Positions 27,048-39,300 of a DNA stretch of 64,000 bases are shown here, piece after piece. How positions within the stretch are numbered: position 1 is the stretch's first letter; each line of letters begins with the position of its first letter. Below the pieces are notes generated by a model, which searched no databases, had not been told where the DNA came from, and saw only the letters and a list, made by a program, of their open reading frames with translations. Source of the DNA: Antedon mediterranea (lineage: Eukaryota > Animalia > Echinodermata); assembly GCF_964355755.1 (NCBI RefSeq), contig NC_092670.1, positions 37,498,388 to 37,562,387 on the forward strand, read 5' to 3'. The position numbers were made by a program, and so were the translations under genes.

Positions 27048-29025
27048 TACGTATTATATGCTAACGTTAATAAACATAGAGGCAAATTAACAAATGTCTC
27101 ATCTCATAAACAAACAAAAAACACATAACAAAAAAAAAGAGTAAAACATTTTAAAAAAGATGAAAGGGACCTCCAGCAAATTCCAATGGGCTTGTGAACT
27201 AGTTACCGTACATTAAGATAATTTGTAAATTTATCCCAAAAAACAGGAACAACAAAAGATGACATGCGCGCCCAAAAAAATCATATCCATTTCAAATTAA
27301 GAAAAAGTGCGTGTTTCTCTGACTCTCCGTGTTATTGCATATATTTATTCATATTACACTAAAACAATATAAACGCAAATGAAAATAATTATATTCAAAG
27401 AATTTTATAGTTATTGCTTAAAGATGTGGATGTTTGTCGTTTTAAAAATAGCTTTAAAAAAAAGAAGAAATGTATGTTTTTTTAATGTAGGCGCACCACA
27501 TGCACATCATGTTAGGTCTAATCGATTATTTGCAAACAAAATTGCAATAAATGTCATACTTCTATATTTTGAATCTGATGGATATTTGGTTGAGTGAATG
27601 AGATAAAATGGTCGCTTTCATAATGTGACCCTGCCGCTTTACGATAAATATTAATTTAAGCTCCGTGTAAAATGACGTCATTGAATTTCTATTTGAATAT
27701 AAATCGAATTGAATATTTAATTAGATCTGCAATCTGAGCAGCCGAACAGTAAACCGTAACAATTTTACTTTAAAAAAAAATATATAAATCTTAGAAACGA
27801 ATATTTTTCACATCAATTAAAGCCGTAGTTTAGTCATGTATCGGTCCATCAACTACCGCCAAATGACCTTCTTCAGCACAGTCAGGGGAAATGGCAAAAG
27901 GCTTCCTGCTTTCTAAGAGTTTATCAGATAATCTATATTGTTTTGACAACTCTTGCACGAGTCTAGTTGGAGGGGGCAGGGGTGTGGGAGATGTTAGAGG
28001 AACGCTAGTAGACCAATCGCCATTATCATTCTGGAAATTACGACTAATTTTACCATTAGTCCAAAATATGTTCACCTCTTTATGATCTTTCTTGGCCTAT
28101 ATTCTGTTTTTTAAAGGTTTATGACGTGTTAAAAAGTGCTAGAACCTTTCATTAAAAAATATATATAATATGCCCAATTGATGATATAGATACGCTATGG
28201 TATGACGAAATGTTCCGTTGCAAATTTGAAATTGCATCTAATGGCCCATGCCAAGCAGCAAGTATCCATTAGTGAGGACGCAAGTTATCAAATCAATTGT
28301 TTTATATCCCTCCATATTAAAGGATACACACAAAAAAAAATCGTTCGGTCGCTGAAGAATAGACTGAGCGTAGATCGACCAAGTAGGCCTACAGTATGAA
28401 CAAACCGGAGTTTACGCTAGGCTTATACGCATGCGCAGTTTAATCTTTCTATATATTACCGTCTCCTTTCGTTCAGGAAGGAAAATGGTTTTCCACTAAC
28501 TCAACAACCTCTTAATGTTACATTTGTCTTGTTGTAATTGTATTCTCCAAGTTTGATTACTACGCACAAATATATTTACTCTTTAGAAAAAATCTATACG
28601 GAAATGGGAGTGAAATGATCGATTGGAATTTAATCTCATCTGCGATTGGCCAGCTGAGTTTATAAGGTTAACCATGGAGTAATTAGTTTAAACTAATCTT
28701 TCATGGGTTAACTGTCTCGTGCTTGCTAATCTTGTAAACTTTATTATTTCATTTACTAATCCTGAATTCTATAATTTTCGCATTAACCTCGTTTTTCAGT
28801 CAAACTGAGATAACATTTGCGAAGAAAATTACTACTTCATGCATTCCGTTTGTTATCTTTAAAAAATGATAAATAATCGTCAAAAGGTAATTTGAATTAC
28901 AGTACTTCACAATAAATCATGTTCATATACTCTAACTGTACACAAAACAAAACGTACTGTACGCGCGCGTTCAATTAATGTCACTGACAATTTGCATATT
29001 CTAGGCACATTTCTGTCTTTTCTTA

Positions 29026-29151
29026 ACACTATCAAACTAGTTTGACAAAAAAAGTGTGATGTGCCCAAATATGGTAGTGATATGACATCATCATGTCCAT
29101 ATATGCACATCACATTTTTATGTCACATGAAGTTTGATAGTGTAGACAGAG
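29026..29151. mobile_element. MITE family A copy
   Basis: Partial left TIR, core and right TIR. Confidence 0.75.
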
Positions 29152-30394
29152 ATTAACAGAAAGCTTGGTTCTCGTGTTAAGACGAAGCGCCAATTGAAAA
29201 ATCACAAGGTGGTAACCAATGATTTGCAACGATTTGTAATTTGAAATATTATACGGGGTTTCTATTTGTCTTTATTAGTTAATTTGTAGGTCATTTGTTG
29301 CCTTCAAAATGCCCCCACACAAAGAAAGAAAAAAAACATGGATTAAATAATATCATTTATTTCAATATCTCTTAAATGTTACAAAATAAAAGTACCTTTA
29401 CAAAATAAAATAATAATTTAATAATAACTAAACATCAAGATGTTTAGAGTACAGTGCAATATGACGTTCTTATGGAATAATGATTCGATCGTATCGTTAC
29501 GATTCCCAAAAGCATTTATTTATATCAGTTTCAACAGATACACATTCCATTTTAAGAGATGTTAAAAACTACCGTACCATTACTAATAGCCACTTAAAAT
29601 TAGTAGGCCTACTCTATTCCTTATTACTCGCTACATTAAACTGCTCTTTTATATTTTTAATTAATTATTTAAAATAATTTTAGTTTAATTAAAACACTGG
29701 CCATTATAGACAAAACTAGCAAAATTTAAATATTGCACCGGACGTATTGGCTGTTATAGAATGAAACCGAAGATTGCAACCTTGTGAAATACAGTAGATA
29801 TTCTGATTGCTCTAGAAATATACATCGTAACGAAACAACTGCGCATGCCTACAAACAAAATGCCATAGCTTGTGTTGTGTAAAAGGTGCTGACATGTATC
29901 AAAATGTTTAAATTAGGCCTATACCAAATACAATAGTATAATTAAGAAATCATTGTTTATAAATAATGCATCGGTAAATTTTTTAAAGAAATAAATACAT
30001 AATGATTCAGTCATTAAAATCCTTTTTTCTTGATCTTTATTTTGTGTTATCTGCTTTGCTTAACAAATCAGTAAGTTTCCATTGTACAAATCCGATTGGC
30101 ATCCGTCACTGGTCCTGATTTTCCATACTTCTGAAGATCTAGAACTTACAACGTTCCAGAACGAACGGCGAAAACATCAAAGTTTGTTAAAATAGGTCTA
30201 TAATTTAAAGATCAAGGCTTATCGCCAATCCTCTTTCGAAATACCATTGATGGCAAAAATGCAAGAGATTGGACAACGTGACAGTGTTGTGACGTCACTA
30301 AAGTGTTCTTGGATCGACATCATGATTTGACTACGTCTCTCAGGACATCAATATACACCAACCTTAACCATTAAAACGGCAGAAGAGATTCGTC

Positions 30395-33300
30395 TCAGGC
30401 TTTAATGGCAGGACTGACGTCAGCAAAGTAGGAGTGCTGGAGACCGTCTTCTGCAGACATCCGTAAAGACGGGTTGCAGATTAGAAGATGCTATCAGAAG
30501 TAACAAGTATTTCATTAATGAGGTCATTAAGGAGGAAGCAAACCACGTGACAAAAGATGTTATAGATTGAAGATTAATCATAATTAATACAAAGTTCTCT
30601 AAAACGTCAATGTTCCTCGAAAGGTTTTTTTTTCTTCTTTTCTTTCTTTTTTTAAAATTATCCATAAAAAACAAACAAAACAATAACAATATTGTAAATG
30701 AATTTAAATACGTGTGGCAATATATCAACATAGACTAAGAGGAAACAAAAAAAAAATATATATATATATATAAACACAACAGGCAAAGAAATGTATATTT
30801 AAGCATGCAATAAATAATCAGTGAATTAAGCCTTAAATAAAGTTCTATATAAATGGGTTCTAATTGGAATAGTTAAAACTTAATACCTAGTTACGTCATG
30901 TTAATTCATTCATTCATTGTGTTTTGCGGATTTTTGTACAGAACCAATAGGAAGGTCATAGTTCGCCACAAACCGAACCCTATTCTGTTTTGTGCTTTTG
31001 TTATTCTATTTAACAAGGTTAAAATATTGTCTAAATATATTTTTTGATAGAGACATCAACACCATATTTTACAATGTACTGGATAAAAATACAAAATGAG
31101 TGACGTATTATAATAATATAAAACTCTGTCTACATCAAACTTTATGTGACAACAAAATATCAGTACCATATTTTGGCATATCACTACCATATTTGGGCAC
31201 ATCACACTTTTTTTGTCAAACAAAATGTTTAATCAAATAAAATTAGAATATAAACAAATGCGTCAAGTAAAATGTGCAAATTTGGTTTAATTTAAGAAAT
31301 CCACAGCCTTTGGGCAAGTCGTAGTTCATCATTACTGGAGGAGTATTATGATGTTGCCGTAAAGGTCAATGGCGGAAAGTGCCAAACCCACAGAAATGTC
31401 AAACTATCAGCTTTAGGCCTATTGGTTACTAATAAGATAAAGAGGCGTAAGTTTTATTATAAAACTATTATAATAATCAACTTATGGTTACGTAGTCCGG
31501 GGTGGATGACGTGCCGTACGTGACATGTAACTAAGTAAAGTAGTCTAATACGCGATGACCTAATATAAAAATGGGATAATAAATGAAAGGTATATTGGTT
31601 TTAAAGGCTTAAAGTGAGCGGGATGCGATATTTCTTTTCGTACATAAGTTGAGGAGAGATTATTTAGAGGGTTAGGTTTAGTTATATTTAGGAAGTAGTT
31701 CGGCTATCTTTCACACAAGGGGTCCCCAACTTACGTACGAAAAACAATCGTGAGCGGGATACTATAATGCACCGTTTTGACATGTGTGTGCCCATGCTTT
31801 CAAAATGTGCGGTAATTTAAATCATAATAGTATACACGGAATTATACATCCGTTTACGGTGTTGCGGCAGTCTTTTCCGTTTGGTTCAGCCATGCATGCA
31901 GATGTACCGTGGACAACAACAAAATTGATGAATAGTAACCAATTAACGAAATTTGCATAGGGTAGGTCATAGGTCATAGCTATTGAAAAAGGAGCATATA
32001 GACGGTAAATTAAACTATCAATTTCGTTTGGAATCGAATCAAAATGCATCTTTCAAGACCAGGAGGTACAAATGTCTAGGGCAGCCTTGGGCACAGTCAT
32101 GCTTACTTCGCTGGGTAAAAAGTCAGTAACCTAACCACCAAAAGTTACCGACAATTTGACCATAAAAACTAACTGATCCGGGTAAAAAAATCTCAAATAA
32201 CCGTGATTTTATAAAATAGCAAGGTTAAAAAATGCATGTACTTAATGAGTTTAAAACTTTCCACCATGTCTCACTACTTAACAGTGGCTCAATGGTCCTT
32301 TGTATAATTAAGTACCTGGAAATATGTCTGTGTATTCATAAAAACAATGACGTCACTCAAGTAAAGTATTTGTTTACAAGTCCGGGAATTTTCCATCAGA
32401 CAAATTGGCAAAAGCTAGTATTTCGAGGATTTGTTTCAATTGTAATTCGTCCAACCATGCATGTCAGCATACAAATACATCGTACAGTATTTGAATCATT
32501 TCAATTGAAAGCTCCGTGGTAGTGAGGAAGTAGAAGAAAGCTAAAAGTGTCATCATTTGCAGACGTTTTGTTGACAGAATCAGCCCAACGACATACACGT
32601 ACTATACACACGAGTGTCAATATTGTTCATTGGTTAACCGGTGGTACAACAACAAGACATTTTACAGGTGTCAGTAGCGTACCTCCATTCATACGTAACT
32701 ATCAGAAACAATACTGCTAGAATAGTTCATCTTTGCGACGTCATAACAGAGCATCAGCATGTCATCCCACGGACTGTACATGGTGGTTACCAGGCTTAAT
32801 CCAGAGGAACAAGCAAGATTTTTTAACCAGCATTCGTTTTGTTGGCTTTATGCATTTGAGGTAACATTTAAAGTTAGAACACTTATTTAATTCTGGTCTT
32901 TTGTGGACTCATTCTATTTCTAAAACACTATTTTCTTCAGTTCTTTCAAAACGTTCTCCATATTTCGACAATCTCCACAACTTGATTCTACTTTTTGTTG
33001 GCTTTATGCATTTGAGGTAACATTTACAGTAAAACACTTCTTTAATTCTTGTCTTTTGTGGACTCATTCTATTTCTAAAACACTATTTTGTTCAGTTTCT
33101 TCCAAACGTTTTTCTTATTTCAACAATTTCCACAACTTGATTCTACTTCTATTTAAGGATGGTTTTTTAAGGTGTTGGTTGTGATGTGTTCTTTTGAGTG
33201 TTGCACTTTCTTTCGATCACGTTTATCAATGTTTCACACCGAGTCACCAAATCACGTCACAGTATTTAATTTGTCATCCACTTTTACTGCGGATAACCAT

Positions 33301-36300
33301 TGTGATTGTCAAGTTTCTTTATTTTTTTTTTCTTCAAAAGATGCTATTCTTTCTTTATTTCAAGATTGTTGTGCAAAGCATTTCACCAAATCTTGAAAAC
33401 TAACCATTTTGTAAATTTGAAAGCATTTTTTCACCTGAACTTGTCCAATCTTTGGAAACATCGGATTTACGTAGCATTAACTTACATGAAATTCTGTAAT
33501 TGATCATAAACTAAAAGTCAAAAGACAGTTTTTATTGAAACTTAACAAAAGTATAATTTTTTTTTTTTCTTGAGTAACGGAACGTTAGTTAGTTAGTAAG
33601 CATACAATGTTTTAAAAAGAACCTATTGTTTTCTCTTTGAGCAGTATACTGTAACCACTACTATTACTAATTAGTGAATTCATGGAAAAAACTCTATTTT
33701 CCACAGATTATAAGAATGACCTTTCACACTACTATGGTCAAGTTTCTTTCTTTTACAGTATAAACAAGTTTTAATTGTACAATATGGTTTAAACATGACC
33801 TTTTTCAAACTTTTTTTTTTATAAACATTTATTGATTTTTTTTAAAAATATTTCTAAAAAACCTTTGAAAATTCCATTTTTATTAAAGATTGTTTTACTT
33901 TTTCAATCTTATTAAGAACCAGCAAAAAAAAATTGACTACATAGTCACAGTATGACATAGTAAAGAAAATTGAACTGAAATGTCTTCCTCAATGTTGTTA
34001 CTAAGCAGTAATTCACTTTCTACTATCATTTCTCACATCACGTTGTTGAAGTCAAGCTGTTCTCATTTTTGTCACTTGTTTCATCGTACATATGAATGGC
34101 ATTCAACGACCCGTCAGGGTTTGCGATGAATCTTCTTTAAAACTATTTATGATTATAGGTACCTTGATGATTGGCATGACCTTTGAACTTCTCATCAATG
34201 GGATTAGCCTACTGGTGAATCGACGGTGTTCTCGTTACCTTCAAAGCTAACCTCTTCTCTGGAGCTGCAAGTACAGTATGTCTATTGAGTAGTACACTGA
34301 TTCCATGATGTAATGGGCCTAGAATGCCATCAAGGGAGCGTACCTGATTACTTTTAAAGCTTTACTGAATCCCAATGGATTTATAAATAGAATATTTACA
34401 AGGACCAAATGTTTATTACACAACTATATTACTACTTTTTTTGTTTAGTACAATGCATTTTGTCACTTCCATGCCATAAATACATCAATAAAATATTTAA
34501 TTCTACTACACAGATTAAACAAAAATGAACAACTTTTAATCTTGTTTATTTCATACACATCCAACAGCCAGTAACTTGCCAATTACAGGATGGATAAAAT
34601 AAAAGTGCTTATATCAAAGGAAATCTATTTGAGGCTTGGGGAGTGGTTTAGAAAGGGTTGGGAGTTGCAAACCCAGGCCCTATGTAAATATTGCAACTTG
34701 GGATTGGGAGGAAAGCTTATTAAACTACCAAGTTACAACTCCACTACATAAATTATTGATACAGTATTTGCTATAATAAAATAACAATGTATATCTTCCA
34801 CTTTTAGGCCTTGAAGGACTACATTGAACTGAAATGGAAAGGACTGCAGGTAGAGTCGGTATCCGATGATGAATTTGAAGTCATTGAAATTTTAAAAAGA
34901 GAAAATAAAAAGATAATAACAGAACTAACGATCGAAGAGGCAGAGAAGCTACGCCAGAAATGGATTCACGTTGGGTACGGAAAATCGGTCGGAGTCGGAG
35001 GTTAAAACTGAAATGCAATGGGAAATCAAATGGCTACTACTGCAGTAAATTGCAGTAAATCATTTGTTGTTGATATGATTTGTATAAAGTGTATATATGT
35101 ATTGTGTTCATATTTGTATCCGATGTCAAATAATAGTATGCCACTTTCAGGAAGAGAGCTGTGCATGGTATTGAATTCTGGAAGGTTGGGCCTAGGCATT
35201 GTTAAAGCCCAGCTACTAGGTCAATACACTATATAATTGATAGCAGATAAAGGCAACGAAATGGAACAGTCTTTGTGAAATCACCTGCATCATATATAAT
35301 TACATACACAACAGATTTGTATGGAAATCAATGAGATGTGTCTGTCATGGAAAAAAAAGATTAAAATCATTCAAAGATGGATTGCAACCACACAATACTT
35401 GAATGTTGATAACTCAAAATGCAGACATACATTTACAAAACAATTTTCTAAACCTACGTCATGTAAATAAATTCACGATAACAAGGTGTCTGTGCTTTTA
35501 ATAAATACACCTAGACAATTAAAGACCTCCCTAATTCAGTGTACAGTATGCAAAACAGTATAATACATGTGTAGAGAAAGGCTAAATTTAGTATGGTAGG
35601 AGGTTCTTATATGAATTTGGGGGTACAAGTCACAGACACTTTAGCAATATAGTAGTAATGTCTATATGTATTATGTAGAGCAGAATACAACAACTTTTGT
35701 ATTGTAGTGCAGTTAATATTAAATAGCTGTAGTGTACTGCTGTATTATTTTCTATAACAATATTATTTTAAGGCTTCCGTCAATCTTTACTTCTCTTTAA
35801 TAAGACATAATAATTGCACTGTGTAAAAGGAAAGCAGAATTCAATGCAACAACAAAAAATGTCGTCAAGTTAAAATCTTTTACAGTATTGGATTTTTGTT
35901 GTTGTGTAAATCATTCGGTTTTCATGATATACAAATAAATCATTAAAGGTGTTCACATAGGTAGCCTGGAGCTATACATAAGAATACACCTGTATAGGAT
36001 GTAACCTCCCACTCGTTATATCACGCAAAATAAATCATGTAAAGAAATTTCAATAAACTAAATTCTATGCAAAACTTGAAAAATGTGTTTTTCTTATTTT
36101 CAAATATCGTGAACGACGGAAATAAAACAAATTCAAAATGTCATGGTCACCGCATTCTCAACCTTTCTGATCTAAAACTCTGTGTAGACAGACAAACTAG
36201 TTTGACAAAAATAGTGTGATTTGCTTAAATATGGTAATGATAAGAAATTATCGCACATCCCATTTTTTGTCACAAAGTTTGATAGTGAAGACAGAGCTTT

Positions 36301-39300
36301 ACACAAACATGTATACAAATAACTACTTAAAATGGACCTGAAATGGATTTTCGATTTTTTTCATTATAGAATGATGTTTTGGGGGCTATTAGGTATTGCT
36401 AGAATGTATATTGTTACCAAATAAATTGGTCCTTTTGGGGAAAGCCCCATTTGAAAATCAAAAAAATTCGCGGGTGACGTCACTTTGCGAATATATTCCT
36501 ATCCCTCCAATGGACAATTTGCAGTTTTTTGGCTATAACTCTTGAAATCTATGGAGTATTTTCTAAAAAATGCTTGTGCATTTGCAGAAACGTATTTAGA
36601 ATTATTTTAGATAAAATTATTACCGTATAAACGGTTATTCATCGAGTAAATGACGATTTAAAATCTTAAAATCAACGTTTTTTTTCTGGAAATACCGAAG
36701 TTGGCCTGGCAACGTTGTCCGGGATACAGCTCCGTGCGCAATGATGCGTATCCATATTTTCCGTTTGTGTATTTTGTATATCGTTCGTAATTTATACTGC
36801 TAAAATGTGTTAGTTTCTTTAGTTTTTAGTTTAGCAGAATTAAATTAGTAATATGAGATGACAATTTATTTGTCACGAATCAGGCAGTTCGAAAACGAAT
36901 TTTATTCATATTTTACTTTAGCTTGACAATGAGCGCAGCAAGTTGTTGATATCGCTTTGGTCCTTGGATGCACATGAAACGGAGCCTCGCCGCATGATGT
37001 GGGTGGTGGATCGACTCCGCGCGCTAGATTGGGGGCCTAGGCCTAGTAAAGGTTTGGGAGGTAGGCCTTCTAAATTTGGGTTTTAGAACAAACAAAGTAC
37101 ATTTTAGGGACCTATATTTCAACAACATTAGATATTGAATAAATTAGTATTAGTGTCAACGCTTCGCGTATCTTTCCAGGCCGTCGATCATTCACTGACT
37201 ATCGGGCGGCATACACGCTCTCGATATCATCGTCGTGTATATGTGACGTCGTGAATATAGAGGCTTCCGACGGCCGTTGAAATAGAATATTGCAATGGCG
37301 TGAGTAATTTTCGCTAATTTACCATGGTATCTTAAAATTTCGTTTTTACTCAAAATACTATACATTTTGTTTTTATTTGTATGGGTTTGTGTTAATTTGA
37401 TACATTTAAATAACATGTGTGAATTTCTTGAAAATCGAAAGTCCATTTCAGGTCCATTTTAAAACCTTACCTGCAGTATTTATCCCCTAACAAAAAAGCC
37501 CTGAAATTCTATCTGAACAAGCGTTCTTAACTTTATTTCTGTCTGTTGTCTATTAACTTAAGCGAAGAAATAAAATGGGACACAAAAAAAAAACTTACTT
37601 GTAGAAGGTCACGACCTTTTGAGCTGATGTTGGGAACAATACTTGACAGTGACATTGACATTGGATATATTGGGAAGGGCTGAAATTATAACAAATATAT
37701 ATATAATGCATTTGTTTCAATGTGAAATGCACACTATTTTGTTATAGCACCTTTAAGTGCAGGTTACGTTTCTGAATGAATGCGCTGCTTGCACAGCATT
37801 TATTGTCAAATATATAAAAATATTTAAAACTTTGTACACAGACAACGCTCTTAACAAAGTATAAAAAACACAATAATCTGGTCACAGGGCTTTTCATTAT
37901 GTTTAAGTTTTATGTTGCAGGTATTATTAAATGCACTACACTAAGGTACAACAATAGTGCATAATCTTGCTCATTAGACTGTCTACACTATCAAATTGTA
38001 TGTGACAAAAAAATGTGAGGTGCTCACATATCACCACCACATTTGGGCACTAGTTTGATAGTGTAGACAGAGCGTTATACCTTGTAATCTGGATGTTTAG
38101 AGACGCCTGGCCATGTCTCTTCTGTAGGTGTTCCCAGAAGTTTAAATATACGTTTCAGTTGATCCTCAACATCATTCCCCGGAAATAGTGGTCGTCCCGC
38201 ATTACCCATCTCTATAATGATTAATTAATGATTAAACCAATAATAACGCACAGTTAATGGCAAAAACAATTATACAATATATTACAAATTTAAAATAGTA
38301 GGGGATTCTGATGGTAATTTATATTTAAAAAAAATAAAAATGTTCATTTGAATATTAAAATTTAAAAGAATGTAGAAAGAAGGCACTGTTCATATTTGAA
38401 ATAACTATTACTGTACAGTACTTTATTCATTTTACTGTGAATGTACAGTTTTTTCTGTAATTTCTAACATACTGTACTATAAATATATTGTGTTAATGTA
38501 TGATGTTTGTTATGAATAATATTCCCTCATTTTATGAATATTTGAGGAACTCCATTCATAGTTTTAAGAAGAGAATGCATGACAGTCGTAATAGTCTGAT
38601 TACAACCATAGTTAATGTATTTCCACAATCCAAACTGCATCTGTGTTGGTGCATAGAGATATTATAGTTCACTATAATATCTCTATGGTTGGTGCAAATT
38701 GATATTTTATGATAATTTAGGTTGTTTTTGAGGAAGATGCTATTGTTAATTTCCTTGTGACATTTTCTCTTTTTGTTTTGTACTATCCAAAATAAAGGAA
38801 ATGAATGAATGAGTATACACTATACTGTAGCTATAAGGCTCTGTCTACGCTATCAAACTAGTTTGACAAAAAAAGTGTGATGGGCCCAAATATGGTAGTT
38901 ATATACCCAAATATAGTAGTGCTATGACATCATCCATGACATGTCCATATATGGGCACATCACACTTTTTTGCCACATAACGTTTGATAGTGCAGACAGA
39001 GCTAAAATAGAATCCATCGAAACTGTGCAATTATCTTTTAAAAATTATACACATTTTTACAACCTGCGAATATACATCCAGCGGACCACATATCAATTGA
39101 TGTTGTGTAAACTTTAGCACCAAAAAGAACATCAGGAGGACGGTACCAGAGGGTGACAACTTCAGCTGAGTAGCACCTGACAGGTATACCAAACGCACGA
39201 GCAAGACCAAAATCTGCAAGCTTTAGGTCTCCATTCTGAAAAAAAAATTATTTGGACCACCTGTACTGTTACAGCACTCTAGTATGTATTAAACACTGTA

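Noticed and set aside
23811-30394. Search for an adjacent bursicon-alpha gene
   Set aside because: No second cystine-knot Cys pattern was found on either strand.
34159-34345. GC-richer patch considered as a middle exon of the nested gene or the last exon of CDK5
   Set aside because: There is an immediate stop in the required phase on the plus strand and no kinase similarity on the minus strand. The true CDK5 last exon is at 30490-30395.
37471-37486. Possible 16-nt microexon in CDK5 intron 6 (ttag|GGGATAAATACTGCAG|gtaagg on the minus strand)
   Set aside because: It would frameshift the kinase and exons 6 and 7 already join in frame; no other support.
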